Positions 10,038 to 19,860 of a DNA stretch of 64,000 bases are shown here, piece after piece. Below the pieces are notes generated by a model, which was not told the DNA's origin, made no database searches, and saw only the letters and a program-made list of their open reading frames with translations. The stretch's first letter is position 1. Each line of letters starts with the position of its first letter. The translations under genes and the position numbers were made by a program. Source of the DNA: an uncultured Piscirickettsiaceae bacterium (GTDB lineage: Bacteria > Pseudomonadota > Gammaproteobacteria > GCF-002020875); assembly GCA_964344435.1 (NCBI GenBank), contig CAYFNH010000001.1:5303-69302 (forward strand), in the 5' to 3' direction.

Positions 10038-12250
10038 ATGCGTAAAATCGAGTGGAACGAGGGCATGAGTGTCGGTATCAGCGCCATCGACAACGACCAC
10101 CGCCGTCTGCTGGAGACCATCAACGAGTGGAGACCATCAACGAGATCAACACCGCCATCACCGAGGGCAAGACCGGCGAGCTGATTGAGCCCATCTTCCA
10201 GCGCCTGGAGCAGTACGTGGTTGAACACTTCAGTGCCGAAGAGGTGCTGATGGAGCAGTGCAACTACCGTGGGCTGGAGCGGCACAAGCTGCAACACCAG
10301 AAATTTTTCGAGAAGATCCCCCAGTTGCGCAACAAACTGCTCACCGCCAACAGCATGGAGGTGGCGATGGAGGTGAGCCTGTTTCTCTCCAGCTGGTTGA
10401 TGAACCATGTCATCATGGAGGATATCTCCTACGCGCAGCCAGCCAGTGCTGCCGGCCTCTCGGATCACTCGGAACAGAGTGAGCAGCCACTACAAGGGCT
10501 ACTCAACTGGGCCATATCCGCAATACCTCTGCGACGACGCATCCACCTTGGTGCCCTGGTGCCCATTACCGGCCTGCTGTTACTGATCAGCACTACCCTG
10601 TTCGACCACTATCAGGAGAGCAGCCGTATCCAACAGCTGCTGGGGCTGTCAAATCTGGCTGCCGATATCAACCTTGTCAGCCACCGCCTGCAGGCCGAAC
10701 GCGGCCTCTCTACCGCCTTTATCAGCTCTGGATATCAGCACTTCGAGAGCGCCCTGCAAGAGCAGCGATCCAAAACCAACCGGGCCACCACACGTTACCT
10801 TGGCAGTGTTCAGCAGCTCTCCCCCCAACTCTCCTCAGAACTGCTGCAAATGCAGCAAACCGCCCGCAAGCGAATTGCTCAGCTGTCCCAACAACGTATC
10901 CAGACCGACCAGCAGCGCCACACCATAGCGGCCATGCAGAGCTACTATACCGATACCATCCACGCCCTGCTGGCCATCTACCATGCGATGACCGGGCTGA
11001 CACAGGATCAACAGCTCAGTGGCCATATCCAGAGCATCTCGGCCCTGGTTCAGATGAAAGAGGCCAATGGCCTGAAACGAGCGCAGGGCACTGCCATCCT
11101 GCAGGGAGAGCTCTCCCCCACTGTCGGGCTTCAACTGCTTTCGAAACTGATCGGTGAGCACACCGCCTACCAGCGTATTTTCAGTAACAGCGCCGACCGG
11201 CAACAGCAGCAGCGCTGGCTGGCACTCTCCTCCAGCAGCCCCCATGTGGATGCAAAGGCGGCTGAACAGGTGCTACTGCGTTACCTCAGCGAAAATACCT
11301 CACAGCAGCCATTTGCGGCCGACCACTGGTTCGCACTGATGTCAGAACGAATGGATCAGACCGAGAGCTTCATTGAGCAGGTACTGCACGATATCGAACT
11401 CCGCGCCAGGCAGCTGGCGGATGAGAGCCGCCAGCAGCTTCTCCTCTCAACCCTGTTATGGCTATTGCTGCTACTGTTCACCTCCGTGCTCTCCTGGCTA
11501 CTCAGCCGCAGCGTGATCGAGCCCATCCACCATCTGACCGAAGGCATGGAGCTGCTGTCCCAGGGGGATCGGGGTACACGCTTCTGTCAGCTCTTTGCCA
11601 GGGATGAACTGCGCAAACTCTATGCGGTCTACGAGAGTAGTCGGCGCAATCTGCTCAAGTCCGATATCTCCATCAATATGCAACTGCTGAAACAGGAATT
11701 TACCTATGACCTGAGTGAACGCCAGCGCGATGCGTATGCCGAACTGGCCTCGACCGATTCACTGACCGGGGCCATCAACCGGCGCAAGTTTCTGGAGCTG
11801 GCCGAGAGAGAGTTGCTACGTGCCCGTCGCCAGCAAACCATCCTCTGCTGCCTGATGCTCGATATCGACCATTTCAAGCGGGTCAATGACGAGTATGGTC
11901 ACGACGTGGGGGACAAGGTACTACAGTCCTTTTTTCAGACCTGTTACCGCACGGTACGGGAGTGTGATCTTGTAGCCCGGATTGGTGGGGAAGAGTTTGT
12001 GGTACTGCTCACCAACAGTGACCGCACCAGCGCCCTCTCACTGGCTGAGCGCATTCGCAGTGAGGTGGAGCGGCTACAAATTGCAGTGAGTGCACAGGAG
12101 GAGATTACCATTACCGTCAGCATCGGCCTCTGCTGCCAGTTGATCACCTCCCAGAACATCGAAATGCTGATCAAGGAGGCCGACAATGCGCTCTATGCCG
12201 CCAAGCATCAGGGGCGCAACCGGGTTGTGGTCTGCAGCACAACAGAGTAA
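10038..12250 (+). pseudogene. hemerythrin-NIT-TM/HAMP-GGDEF diguanylate cyclase, frame-disrupted by a 17-bp tandem duplication
   Basis: The ATG at 10038 encodes MRKIEWNEGMSVGISAIDNDHRRLLETINE (bacteriohemerythrin N-terminus) in frame 0. TGGAGACCATCAACGAG at 10111-10127 is repeated exactly at 10128-10144, shifting into the frame of ORF 10052..12250. That ORF continues the hemerythrin fold (INTAITEGK...HFSAEE...HKLQHQKFF...WLMNHVIMEDISY). It goes on with a NIT-like domain (LQAERGLSTAFISSG), a TM segment and a GGDEF domain with RECD I-site and GGEEF. Confidence 0.6.
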
Positions 12251-12258
12251 GTTGGCCA

Positions 12259-14997
12259 TCAATCCGCTGCCGTCAAATGCCTCTGTAACACCCTCCGCAG
12301 CTGCTTCTCTTCAACCGGCTTGCTCAACACCCCATCACAACCCGCCGCTACCATCTCCTCTTCGGTACCCTTCATCACATCGGCGGTCAGGGCATAGATC
12401 GGCCGGCTGAACCCCGTCTTACGCAGGGCCGTGGTCGCCTCCACCCCACTCATCACCGGCATCTGCTTGTCCATCAGCACCAGATCCACCTCCTCGGCCA
12501 ACCCCTTGTCGACCCCCTCCCGGCCATTATCGGCCACCACCACCTCGGCCCCGAGTCGCTTGATCATCTCGGCAACCAGCAGCTGGATCATCTGCGTATC
12601 CTCCACCACCAGCACGGTCCCACGCAGCTGGATCCGCTCCTCCGCATTTCGCTCTGCCTCTTCGTCGATTCGCTGTTCACTGGGGCGGAACGGCAGCTTC
12701 ACCGTAAAGTGGCTGCCAACCCCCTCCGCACTCTCAACCGCAATATCACCGCCCATCATCTCCACCAGATTCCATGAGATATTGAGCCCGAGACCGGTGC
12801 CTCCAAACTTGCGGGTGATCGAACTGTCGGCCTGCTCAAAGGGTCTGAACAGCCGCTTGACCACCTCAGGTGACATGCCAAACCCGGTATCCTTGACCTC
12901 AAACCAGATCTGCTGGCTGCCACTATCAAGCGATACCATCAAGGTGACCTCGCCCTGCTCGGTGAACTTCACCGCATTGCTCAGTAGATTCATCAGAACC
13001 TGTCCGATCCGCACCGGGTCACCCACCAGTTTGTGACGGGGCTGGAAGGTTTGCACCACCTCAAAGCCAACCCCTGCCTCCTGGGTGCGCAGCGAGAAGA
13101 CATCTTTCAATTCATGTATCAGCGCATCCAGGCTGTACTCCTCATCCACAATCTCGAACTTGCCCGCCTCAATCTTGGAGAGGTCGAGGATGTCATTGAT
13201 GAGGGTGAGTTGGGTACGGCCCGACACGGTGATGGCATGCAACATACCGCTCTCCTTCTCGGTGAGCTTGTCGGTTATCAACCGGTTCAGCATCTCCGAG
13301 TAGCCGATGATCGAGGTCAACGGGGTACGTAGCTCATGACTCATCATCGCCAGGAACTGATCCTTGGCCCGGTTGGCCCGGATCGCATTCTCGGCATCCA
13401 GAATCTCGCGCAGGTCACTCAACACCACCACTTCGGCCGCACCTTGTCGCGTACACTGCAGCTGCGTGCGTGCGATGCGTACCGGAATTTTCTCCCCCTC
13501 TGTAGAGCAGAGCTGCCCCTGCTCATCAAACAGCTCATCGATATGTTTGCCAAACAGGGCCCGCTGCCCCATCCCGGTGAGCGTAACCGCCTTGGGGTTG
13601 CTGCGCAGAATTCTCTGCTCCTCGTTTAGCACCAACAGCCCCTGCTCCATCACCTCGATAATGAGGTCGGTCTCCTGCTTGCTGCGCTCGAGCTCTCTGG
13701 ACTGCTGTTCCAGCATCTCCTTGCGCTCGTTGACCTCCTCACTATAGACCTGGAATGCAGAGGCGAGACTGTTGACCTCAAGCACCCGGCTGATGGGGTG
13801 GTTATTGATATCGTCCCGCACCACCGAATCCCGCAGCCGCTCGATCGGGCTCGACAACAACCTGGCCCGGCGGTAGGTGAGCAGCACCACAAACAGGAAG
13901 AGGACAACGGATGCCAGCACAATCTGGCGCTTCAGCGCCTCCACCGGCTGCATCATCTCTTCCCGATCCTGCTTCACCACCATACCCCAGCCCAGTGCCG
14001 GGAGCCAGCGCCAGAGCGCATAGGCCTCTCTGCAGCTCGACTCCAGCACCCATCCATCGCCATCCTTCTGCCCCAGTGCCCGTGTCATCGGAAACTGCAT
14101 CGGTGATTGCTCCCGCAGGGCGATACAGTCCGCATCGGGCTGTCTGCGCTCCATCTCGCGGAAGTGGTTGAGGAAGGTTAGACCGCGCCTGACCTTGTCA
14201 TCGCGCCAGTGCGCCACCAGCACCTCACCGGTCTTCCCCAGGCCACTATAGCTCTCCATCAGGTCACGGAAACGTTGCAGGGGGAATGGGGCTACCAGTA
14301 CTGCCAGAATCTCTTTGCGGTACGGAGAGTAGACCGGCACCCCGATCCACGCCATCGAGCGTTCCGAAATCTCGCTGAAACCGTACCGGGAGACGGCAGC
14401 CTGCCCGGTTTGACGCACCTGCTGGATCATCCGGGCCAGTGGCGAAGGGGTATCCACCATCAGCTCATCCAGCCGCTCACCGTGGCTGATCAGGTAACGA
14501 TCTCCGGTATTGGCCGTCATGAATCGCCCCTGCAGATCAAACAGCAGCAGATCCTTGTTTATCACCAGAGAGAGTTCTCGGCGTATACTACCCAGTTTGG
14601 TCTGGTGATAAATCTGCTGTATCGCCTCAGTGCTATCCATATACACCCAATCATCACCCGTCTGCTGCTGGGGACGACTCTGTATTACACCATGAAGTGC
14701 CGCCCTCAAAGCCCGGCTGTTGGCCACCTGCTGCAGGGCCTGGCGCTCCACTTCATACATCGACTCGATCCGGTTAATGCGGAACTGAGCATGGTATTTC
14801 AGTGAATCCACCACAGTATCCACCACCACTCGCTCGGAGACGAAATAGATCAGCCACCCCAGTGCGGTAACTGCAAACAGTATGGTCAACAATGTGCTAC
14901 GCAGCTGGTGGTAGAGCAGAGGCTGCGGGGTTCCCCGATAGCCCTTGCTCTCAGCGCGTGGCAAACGTTTGCCAAACATGGTGATAGGCTCCCCCAA
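12259..14997 (-). CDS. hybrid sensor histidine kinase (periplasmic sensor, HAMP, PAS, HisKA, HATPase, C-terminal REC)
   Basis: The 912-aa product has two TM segments. H-box FLAMMSHELRTPLTSIIGYSEM; G-boxes DTGFGM and GGTGLGL. The C-terminal receiver reads VLVVEDTQMIQ...LVLMDKQMPVMSG. Confidence 0.88.
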   Translation of the reverse strand: MGEPITMFGKRLPRAESKGYRGTPQPLLYHQLRSTLLTILFAVTALGWLIYFVSERVVVDTVVDSLKYHAQFRINRIESMYEVERQALQQVANSRALRAALHGVIQSRPQQQTGDDWVYMDSTEAIQQIYHQTKLGSIRRELSLVINKDLLLFDLQGRFMTANTGDRYLISHGERLDELMVDTPSPLARMIQQVRQTGQAAVSRYGFSEISERSMAWIGVPVYSPYRKEILAVLVAPFPLQRFRDLMESYSGLGKTGEVLVAHWRDDKVRRGLTFLNHFREMERRQPDADCIALREQSPMQFPMTRALGQKDGDGWVLESSCREAYALWRWLPALGWGMVVKQDREEMMQPVEALKRQIVLASVVLFLFVVLLTYRRARLLSSPIERLRDSVVRDDINNHPISRVLEVNSLASAFQVYSEEVNERKEMLEQQSRELERSKQETDLIIEVMEQGLLVLNEEQRILRSNPKAVTLTGMGQRALFGKHIDELFDEQGQLCSTEGEKIPVRIARTQLQCTRQGAAEVVVLSDLREILDAENAIRANRAKDQFLAMMSHELRTPLTSIIGYSEMLNRLITDKLTEKESGMLHAITVSGRTQLTLINDILDLSKIEAGKFEIVDEEYSLDALIHELKDVFSLRTQEAGVGFEVVQTFQPRHKLVGDPVRIGQVLMNLLSNAVKFTEQGEVTLMVSLDSGSQQIWFEVKDTGFGMSPEVVKRLFRPFEQADSSITRKFGGTGLGLNISWNLVEMMGGDIAVESAEGVGSHFTVKLPFRPSEQRIDEEAERNAEERIQLRGTVLVVEDTQMIQLLVAEMIKRLGAEVVVADNGREGVDKGLAEEVDLVLMDKQMPVMSGVEATTALRKTGFSRPIYALTADVMKGTEEEMVAAGCDGVLSKPVEEKQLRRVLQRHLTAAD

Positions 14998-15026
14998 TGT
15001 TCAAGATTCCCCAATATAAATCGTCT

Positions 15027-15140
15027 TAAAAGTGATGGCAGTCCTGATCTGCGGCCGTCTGTGGGCAAGGAAGCCCACTGTAGAGCGACACAGAGATGTG
15101 CTTGAGCGTGTCGCAGACAGGAGCTGCCATTACTTTTAAA
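15027..15140. repeat. intergenic inverted-repeat element, subtype 2, copy C
   Basis: The TIRs are TTAAAAGTGATGGCAGTCCTGATCTGCGG and CGCAGACAGGAGCTGCCATTACTTTTAAA. There is an internal hairpin GTGGGCAAGGAAGCCCAC and the core GAGCGACACAGAGATGTGCTTGAGCG. It lies between the coaX 3' end and the start of the hybrid kinase. Confidence 0.8.
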
Positions 15141-15319
15141 ACCATTGATACAGGCGTATGAAACCCATTTCCCCGCAGACAGAAACGCTTGACAGGAGCT
15201 CCTCAACTCCCCGTTCTGCTTTGCAGTCAACAGACTACCTGTATACCGATCCCCCCATTATGCCAGTGATGGCTTTACTTGACCATATAGTTCAACAATT
15301 TCAAAAATAGCCGCGACCA

Positions 15320-16042
15320 CTATGGCATGGTTACCAACGCAAGCCCCTGCAGTATCAGATCTTCCACTATCCGAAAAGGCAGCCCCAGCTGTTGCTGCAG
15401 GGCTGCCGCATCCCCACCAGTCAGTATCAGTTCAAATGCCCCCTGCTGCTGCTCGATCTGTTGCAACAGAACCTCGACCACCCCCGGCTCCTCTACCGAC
15501 TGAGACATCAGTGCCTGTGCCGTGGCAGTGCCCAGCAGCTCCCCTCCCACCCGATCACTCTGGCGCAAATGAGGTGCATTTTGTAGCAGTGTCTCCATGG
15601 TGGAGCCAAAACCGGGCAGGATATTGCCCCCTCGATGGTGGCCACTGCGGTCAACATAGTCGATGGTTACTGCAGTACCACAATCGACCAGACAGAAGGC
15701 GGTATGCAGTTGCTCCCACGCCGCGACCATCCCCAGCCAGCGATCGATGCCCAGCTGCTGTGGTTGCCGATATCCGTTGTGCAGCCCCCTGCAAACCACC
15801 CCTGTCTTCACCTCCTCAGCCTCCATGCCCCATACCTCGACCAACCAGCACTGGAGCTGCTGGAAGCGGCGCTCACCGGCGCTGTTGCTGAGGAATATAT
15901 GCTGTGGAGCGGGACGGTTATGCCACTGCTGCACGACGCTTTGCGCTGCCGCCCACGCCACTGCACCCCGCTCAACCAGCTTCTGCTGGTGCTGCCAACC
16001 CCACTTAATACGGCTGTTGCCGGAGTCGATCAGCAGATTCAA
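15320..16042 (-). CDS. coaX: type III pantothenate kinase
   Basis: NLLIDSGNSRIKWG is the N-terminal ASKHA motif. The start is taken at the TTG at 16042, immediately after the birA stop. The upstream ATGs would overlap birA. Confidence 0.8.
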   Translation of the reverse strand: MNLLIDSGNSRIKWGWQHQQKLVERGAVAWAAAQSVVQQWHNRPAPQHIFLSNSAGERRFQQLQCWLVEVWGMEAEEVKTGVVCRGLHNGYRQPQQLGIDRWLGMVAAWEQLHTAFCLVDCGTAVTIDYVDRSGHHRGGNILPGFGSTMETLLQNAPHLRQSDRVGGELLGTATAQALMSQSVEEPGVVEVLLQQIEQQQGAFELILTGGDAAALQQQLGLPFRIVEDLILQGLALVTMP

Positions 16043-16043
16043 C

Positions 16044-17051
16044 TCATTCTGTCCGGGGAGAAACGGGCCGGGAGGAGAGCCGCAGGGATACATCCCCACT
16101 GAAGTGACTGACAATTTCACCATCTTGTTCTACCCGCAGCGCTCCGTGTGGATCAATCCCGCGGGCAATACCGTGAATGACCTCTCCCTCCTGGTGGATT
16201 GCGACCGGAAGATCCCGCACCCGGTCGAGCCGCTGCCACTCCGAGGAGATTGCATTCAGCCCACGTTGCTCGAACTGCTGTAACAGAGGAATCAGATGGT
16301 TGAGCAGCATGGCCGCCAGCCGGTTGCGCGAAGGCGGTGACTGGAGATGGTGAGCCAGCGCAGTCCAGGGCTGATCGATCCGCTGCTCGACATCGGCCAG
16401 CGCTATATTCAGCCCCACCCCAACCACTACATCGGTAGGCCCTTCACTCTCCCCCTCCAGCTCAATCAGCACCCCGCCCAGTTTCTGATCACGATAGTGC
16501 AGGTCGTTGGGCCATTTCAGTTTTACCCCCTCCAGCCCGATGCTCTCAACCGCCTGTGCCAGGGCAACCCCAACCACCAACCCCAAACCGCTCAAGCTCA
16601 TCAACCCACCCGGGAAGCGCCACAACAGGGAGCAGTACAGGCTTCCGCCAAAGGGAGACAGCCACTGCTTGCCTCTGCGTCCGCGCCCGTCAGACTGATG
16701 CTCTGCCAGCAGCACGGCACCCGAATGGGCGCTGCCATCACGCAGACGGCGCATCAGTTCACTGTTGGTGGAGTCACAACTCCAGAACCGCTCCACCCCA
16801 CTCAGGCTAGTCGCCACCTTCGCATCGAGTTGAGCCTCTATCTCCTGGGGGTTGAGCAGAGTCAGTGCCGATGGCAGCGCATATCCCTGCCGCTGTTGCG
16901 AATGGATCTCGACCCCCAATGCCTGCAGCGCCTTGACCTGTTTCCAGACCGCCGCCCGGCCAATGCCGAGAGCGCTACCCAGTGCGGTACCACTGTGTAG
17001 CGCCCCATCCGCAAGTCGCTGCAGCAGCTGCTGCTGTACCGCAGAGATCAC
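16044..17051 (-). CDS. birA: bifunctional biotin-[acetyl-CoA-carboxylase] ligase / biotin operon repressor
   Basis: An N-terminal HTH is followed by a ligase core with GRGRRGKQW. Length is 335 aa. Confidence 0.9.
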   Translation of the reverse strand: MISAVQQQLLQRLADGALHSGTALGSALGIGRAAVWKQVKALQALGVEIHSQQRQGYALPSALTLLNPQEIEAQLDAKVATSLSGVERFWSCDSTNSELMRRLRDGSAHSGAVLLAEHQSDGRGRRGKQWLSPFGGSLYCSLLWRFPGGLMSLSGLGLVVGVALAQAVESIGLEGVKLKWPNDLHYRDQKLGGVLIELEGESEGPTDVVVGVGLNIALADVEQRIDQPWTALAHHLQSPPSRNRLAAMLLNHLIPLLQQFEQRGLNAISSEWQRLDRVRDLPVAIHQEGEVIHGIARGIDPHGALRVEQDGEIVSHFSGDVSLRLSSRPVSPRTE

Positions 17052-17692
17052 TGTGCCGCAGCCAACTCCTTGGCAACCAGATATTCAATTACCTCGAACA
17101 TCTTTCCAGTACCTCCGGCAGAGCCGGCATCGACCAGATATTTACCAGCCACCACCACTGCCGGCACCCCTTGAATGCCCGACTGACGGGTCATGCGATA
17201 GGCCTGTTTGACCCGGGTTTGCACCCCGAAAGAGCTCCAGGTTTTTTCAACCGTCTCTTTGGGTACCCCCAGCTTCTCAAACAGCGCCTTGATTTCCCGC
17301 TCATCCTTGGCCAGATTGCGGTTTTCATTCAGATGGATACCATTAAACAGGGCCGGATGTGCCTGGTCGAGCACCCCCAACAGCGCTGCGGTATAGAAGG
17401 CCTGTGCGGCAGGAGCCCAGCTGGCACCCAAGATCGCTGGCTGCATCTGGAAGTTGACCCCTGGCGGGTTCTTTTCCAGCCACTCATGCACCACCGGCTC
17501 GAGGTGAAAACAGTGGGGGCAGCCATACCAGAAGTACTCCCGTACCTCGACCTTGCCCGGCTCCTCAACGGTGCGCAACGGATCGTTGATCAGGGTGTAC
17601 TCCACCCCCTCCATAAACTCTTCTGCCACACTGGCCCAGCTCAGCATCAGCCCTGCAATCAATGCAACCGCTGCAATCCATCCTCTCTTCAT
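17048..17692 (-). CDS. dsbA: thiol:disulfide interchange protein DsbA
   Basis: Signal peptide MKRGWIAAVALIAGLMLSWA and the CPHC active site (YFWYGCPHCFHLEP). The start is taken at the internal ATG at 17692. The longer ORF-track start would run into the repeat element. Confidence 0.88.
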   Translation of the reverse strand: MKRGWIAAVALIAGLMLSWASVAEEFMEGVEYTLINDPLRTVEEPGKVEVREYFWYGCPHCFHLEPVVHEWLEKNPPGVNFQMQPAILGASWAPAAQAFYTAALLGVLDQAHPALFNGIHLNENRNLAKDEREIKALFEKLGVPKETVEKTWSSFGVQTRVKQAYRMTRQSGIQGVPAVVVAGKYLVDAGSAGGTGKMFEVIEYLVAKELAAAQ

Positions 17693-17714
17693 ACTTGTAC
17701 TCCCTTCTCTATAA

Positions 17715-17846
17715 GTCTTCTGGAAAGTTCGTTCGTACCGCGATTCCAGGTTGTCTGCAGCCATGGATGGCTGCGGTCAAGCGACACAAGGATGTGCTTG
17801 AGCGTACCTGGAGTCGCGGTACGAACGGACTCATGCAATGCTTTAA
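17715..17846. repeat. intergenic inverted-repeat element, subtype 1, copy D
   Basis: The TIRs are GTTCGTTCGTACCGCGATTCCAGG and CCTGGAGTCGCGGTACGAACGGAC. The core is TCAAGCGACACAAGGATGTGCTTGAGCG. Relative to copy A it carries a 16-bp palindromic insertion CCATGGATGGCTGCGG. Confidence 0.8.
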
Positions 17847-17904
17847 TTCAATTGACTGGTTATGACAACCACCATCCTATCGGGTTCCCCCATGCGCTTC
17901 CACA

Positions 17905-17934
17905 AAAAAGGGCCGCAACAGCGGCCCTTTTTGA
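17905..17934 (-). terminator. rho-independent terminator downstream of the cytochrome c gene
   Basis: AAAAAA, then stem GGGCCGC, loop AACA, stem GCGGCCC, then TTTTT. On the minus strand the hairpin is followed by a U run. Confidence 0.75.
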
Positions 17935-17951
17935 CAGCAGTTCCTGACCAG

Positions 17952-18992
17952 TTACAGACCAGACTGCGACAGCATGTACTCTATCGCCGCCTTCAGCTCT
18001 GCATCCTTCAGAGAGGAGCCACCACGTGGCGCCATCGCGGTACCGGCTACCCCGGCAATCGCACTCTTGACCAACCCATCTACGCTGCCCGCCTTCTGCA
18101 GACGTGGCTCCCAGTTCTCCTTGACGCCGGACTGGGGAGCATTGAGGGCTGGAGCCGCAGGGCCATGACAGGCAAAACAGGCTCCCTGGAACAGGGTGGC
18201 ACCATCGGCCGCACCACCTGTTGCTGCTGGTGCAGCTGCTACCTCGGCAGGCTTCTCTTGTGCTGCCGGAGCCGGGGCTGCCGCCTCTTCTGCAGCAGCA
18301 ACGGGAGCCGCAGGGGCAGTGGCTACCTTGGCTGCTGGCGCCCCCATCGAACCCAGATAGGCGGTAATCGCAGCGATATCGGCATCACTCAGCACCGAAG
18401 CAACATCACGCATCATCTTGTTGGGATCATTCTCCCGGGTACCCTCACGGAATGCATGCAACTGAGCGACGGTATAGCCCTCCAGCTGACCGCTCAGGGC
18501 CGGCCACCGGGCCAGATCATTACCCGCAGCATCCGGACCATGACAGGCCATACAGGCACTGATGCCACGCGCCATATCACCGCCCTGATAGAGCGCCTTG
18601 CCCTGGGCAACCAACGCTGCATCTCCGGCGGATCCCGCCTTGCCGGCAACGGTTGCATAGTAGGCACCGAGGTTGGCCATATCGGCATCACTCAACCCCA
18701 TGGCCTGACCGGTCATCAGTGCATCCTTGCGTGCGCCTGACTTGAAGTCCTGCAGCTGCTTGACCATATAGCCACCATTCTGTCCTGCCAGAGAAGGAAC
18801 CGCCTTGGTCTTTCCCGGATTCATCGGATCCGGAAACGCAGGATTGCCTTCACCATTCATACCGTGGCACGCACCACAGACAGCGGCCTTGGCCTTACCT
18901 GCATTCACATCACCCGCAGCTGCTGCCGCACCAGAGACGGCCAGCGCAACCGCTGCAACCAGAGTGTTTGTCCAATCGACCTTCTTCATCAA
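17952..18992 (-). CDS. triheme c-type cytochrome: diheme cytochrome c4 fused to a C-terminal cytochrome c5-like domain
   Basis: A signal peptide and three CXXCH motifs (CGACHG, CMACHG, CFACHG). The first two domains resemble cytochrome c4. An Ala/Pro-rich linker is followed by a class I monoheme domain. Confidence 0.85.
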   Translation of the reverse strand: MMKKVDWTNTLVAAVALAVSGAAAAAGDVNAGKAKAAVCGACHGMNGEGNPAFPDPMNPGKTKAVPSLAGQNGGYMVKQLQDFKSGARKDALMTGQAMGLSDADMANLGAYYATVAGKAGSAGDAALVAQGKALYQGGDMARGISACMACHGPDAAGNDLARWPALSGQLEGYTVAQLHAFREGTRENDPNKMMRDVASVLSDADIAAITAYLGSMGAPAAKVATAPAAPVAAAEEAAAPAPAAQEKPAEVAAAPAATGGAADGATLFQGACFACHGPAAPALNAPQSGVKENWEPRLQKAGSVDGLVKSAIAGVAGTAMAPRGGSSLKDAELKAAIEYMLSQSGL

Positions 18993-19127
18993 TCTGTTCC
19001 TTATTTCCTATTTGAGTGGCTTCAACCCCACGGCATGCGTGCAGACAAGTATCCGCACAAGTAATAGAAGATTGGCAATTATATTCGTAATTGCTGCAAC
19101 TGCAAGTTGTGGCTCAGCCAGCGCCCC

Positions 19128-19133
19128 CTATAA
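19128..19133 (+). promoter_or_regulatory. candidate -10 box (TATAAT) for engB, unusually close to the start codon
   Basis: TATAAT lies 7 nt upstream of the engB ATG at 19141. Confidence 0.25.
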
Positions 19134-19140
19134 TGGGCGC

Positions 19141-19737
19141 ATGAACCTCAATCAGGCTACCTTTACCACCAGTGCCCCAAAGCTCTCACGCTGTCCCGGG
19201 GAGAGCATTGCCGAGGTCGCCTTTGCGGGCCGCTCCAATGCCGGAAAGTCGAGTGCACTCAACCGCCTAACCGGCATCAAAGGACTCGCCCGTACCAGCA
19301 AGACCCCCGGGCGTACCCAACTGATCAACTACTTTGCACTCGACGAGCGGCACTACCTGGTTGATCTTCCCGGATATGGTTTTGCCAAGGTACCCACTCG
19401 GGTTCGACAGGAGTGGGAGAAAAATCTGGGGGACTATCTGCAACGCAGAGAGGCCCTCAAGGGGCTGATCATCCTGATGGATATCCGTCATCCGATGACC
19501 GAAAACGACCGTCAGATGGTGGCCTGGAGCCACCACATCGAGCTACCGATTCACATTCTGCTAACCAAGGCGGACAAGCTGAAACGGGGGGCGGCGATGG
19601 CAGCCCTGCACAAGGTGGAGAAGATCGTGCGGGAGGAGTTCCCCGGAATCACCGTGCAGATTTTCTCTTCCACCAAGGGGATCGGTCTGGAGCAGGCTCG
19701 CCGGCAGGTAATTGGCTGGCTATATGCAACCTACTGA
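19141..19737 (+). CDS. engB: ribosome biogenesis GTP-binding protein YihA/EngB
   Basis: MNLNQATFTTSAPKLSRCPGESIAEVAFAGRSNAGKSSALN (G1), DLPGYG, TKADK. The ORF-track start at 18805 is an upstream in-frame extension. Confidence 0.88.
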   Translation: MNLNQATFTTSAPKLSRCPGESIAEVAFAGRSNAGKSSALNRLTGIKGLARTSKTPGRTQLINYFALDERHYLVDLPGYGFAKVPTRVRQEWEKNLGDYLQRREALKGLIILMDIRHPMTENDRQMVAWSHHIELPIHILLTKADKLKRGAAMAALHKVEKIVREEFPGITVQIFSSTKGIGLEQARRQVIGWLYATY

Positions 19738-19750
19738 AGCATAAAAAGAA

Positions 19751-19790
19751 AAACCCCGTTCAGGCAAGGGAGGAGTTCCTGAACGGGGTG
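19751..19790 (-). terminator. rho-independent terminator of polA
   Basis: Stem AACCCCGTTCAGG, 13-nt loop, stem CCTGAACGGGGT. On the minus strand the hairpin is followed by TTTTTCTTTTTAT. Confidence 0.7.
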
Positions 19791-19860
19791 GCTGTATCAA
19801 TTACAACAGTACAGTTACCCGTTAAGACACCTTGAACGGGGAAAAGTTCACTGATTTTTT

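Noticed and set aside
18805-19140. N-terminal 112-aa extension of the engB ORF
   Set aside because: The extension is not conserved and overlaps the divergent promoter region. The ATG at 19141 gives a canonical EngB N-terminus.
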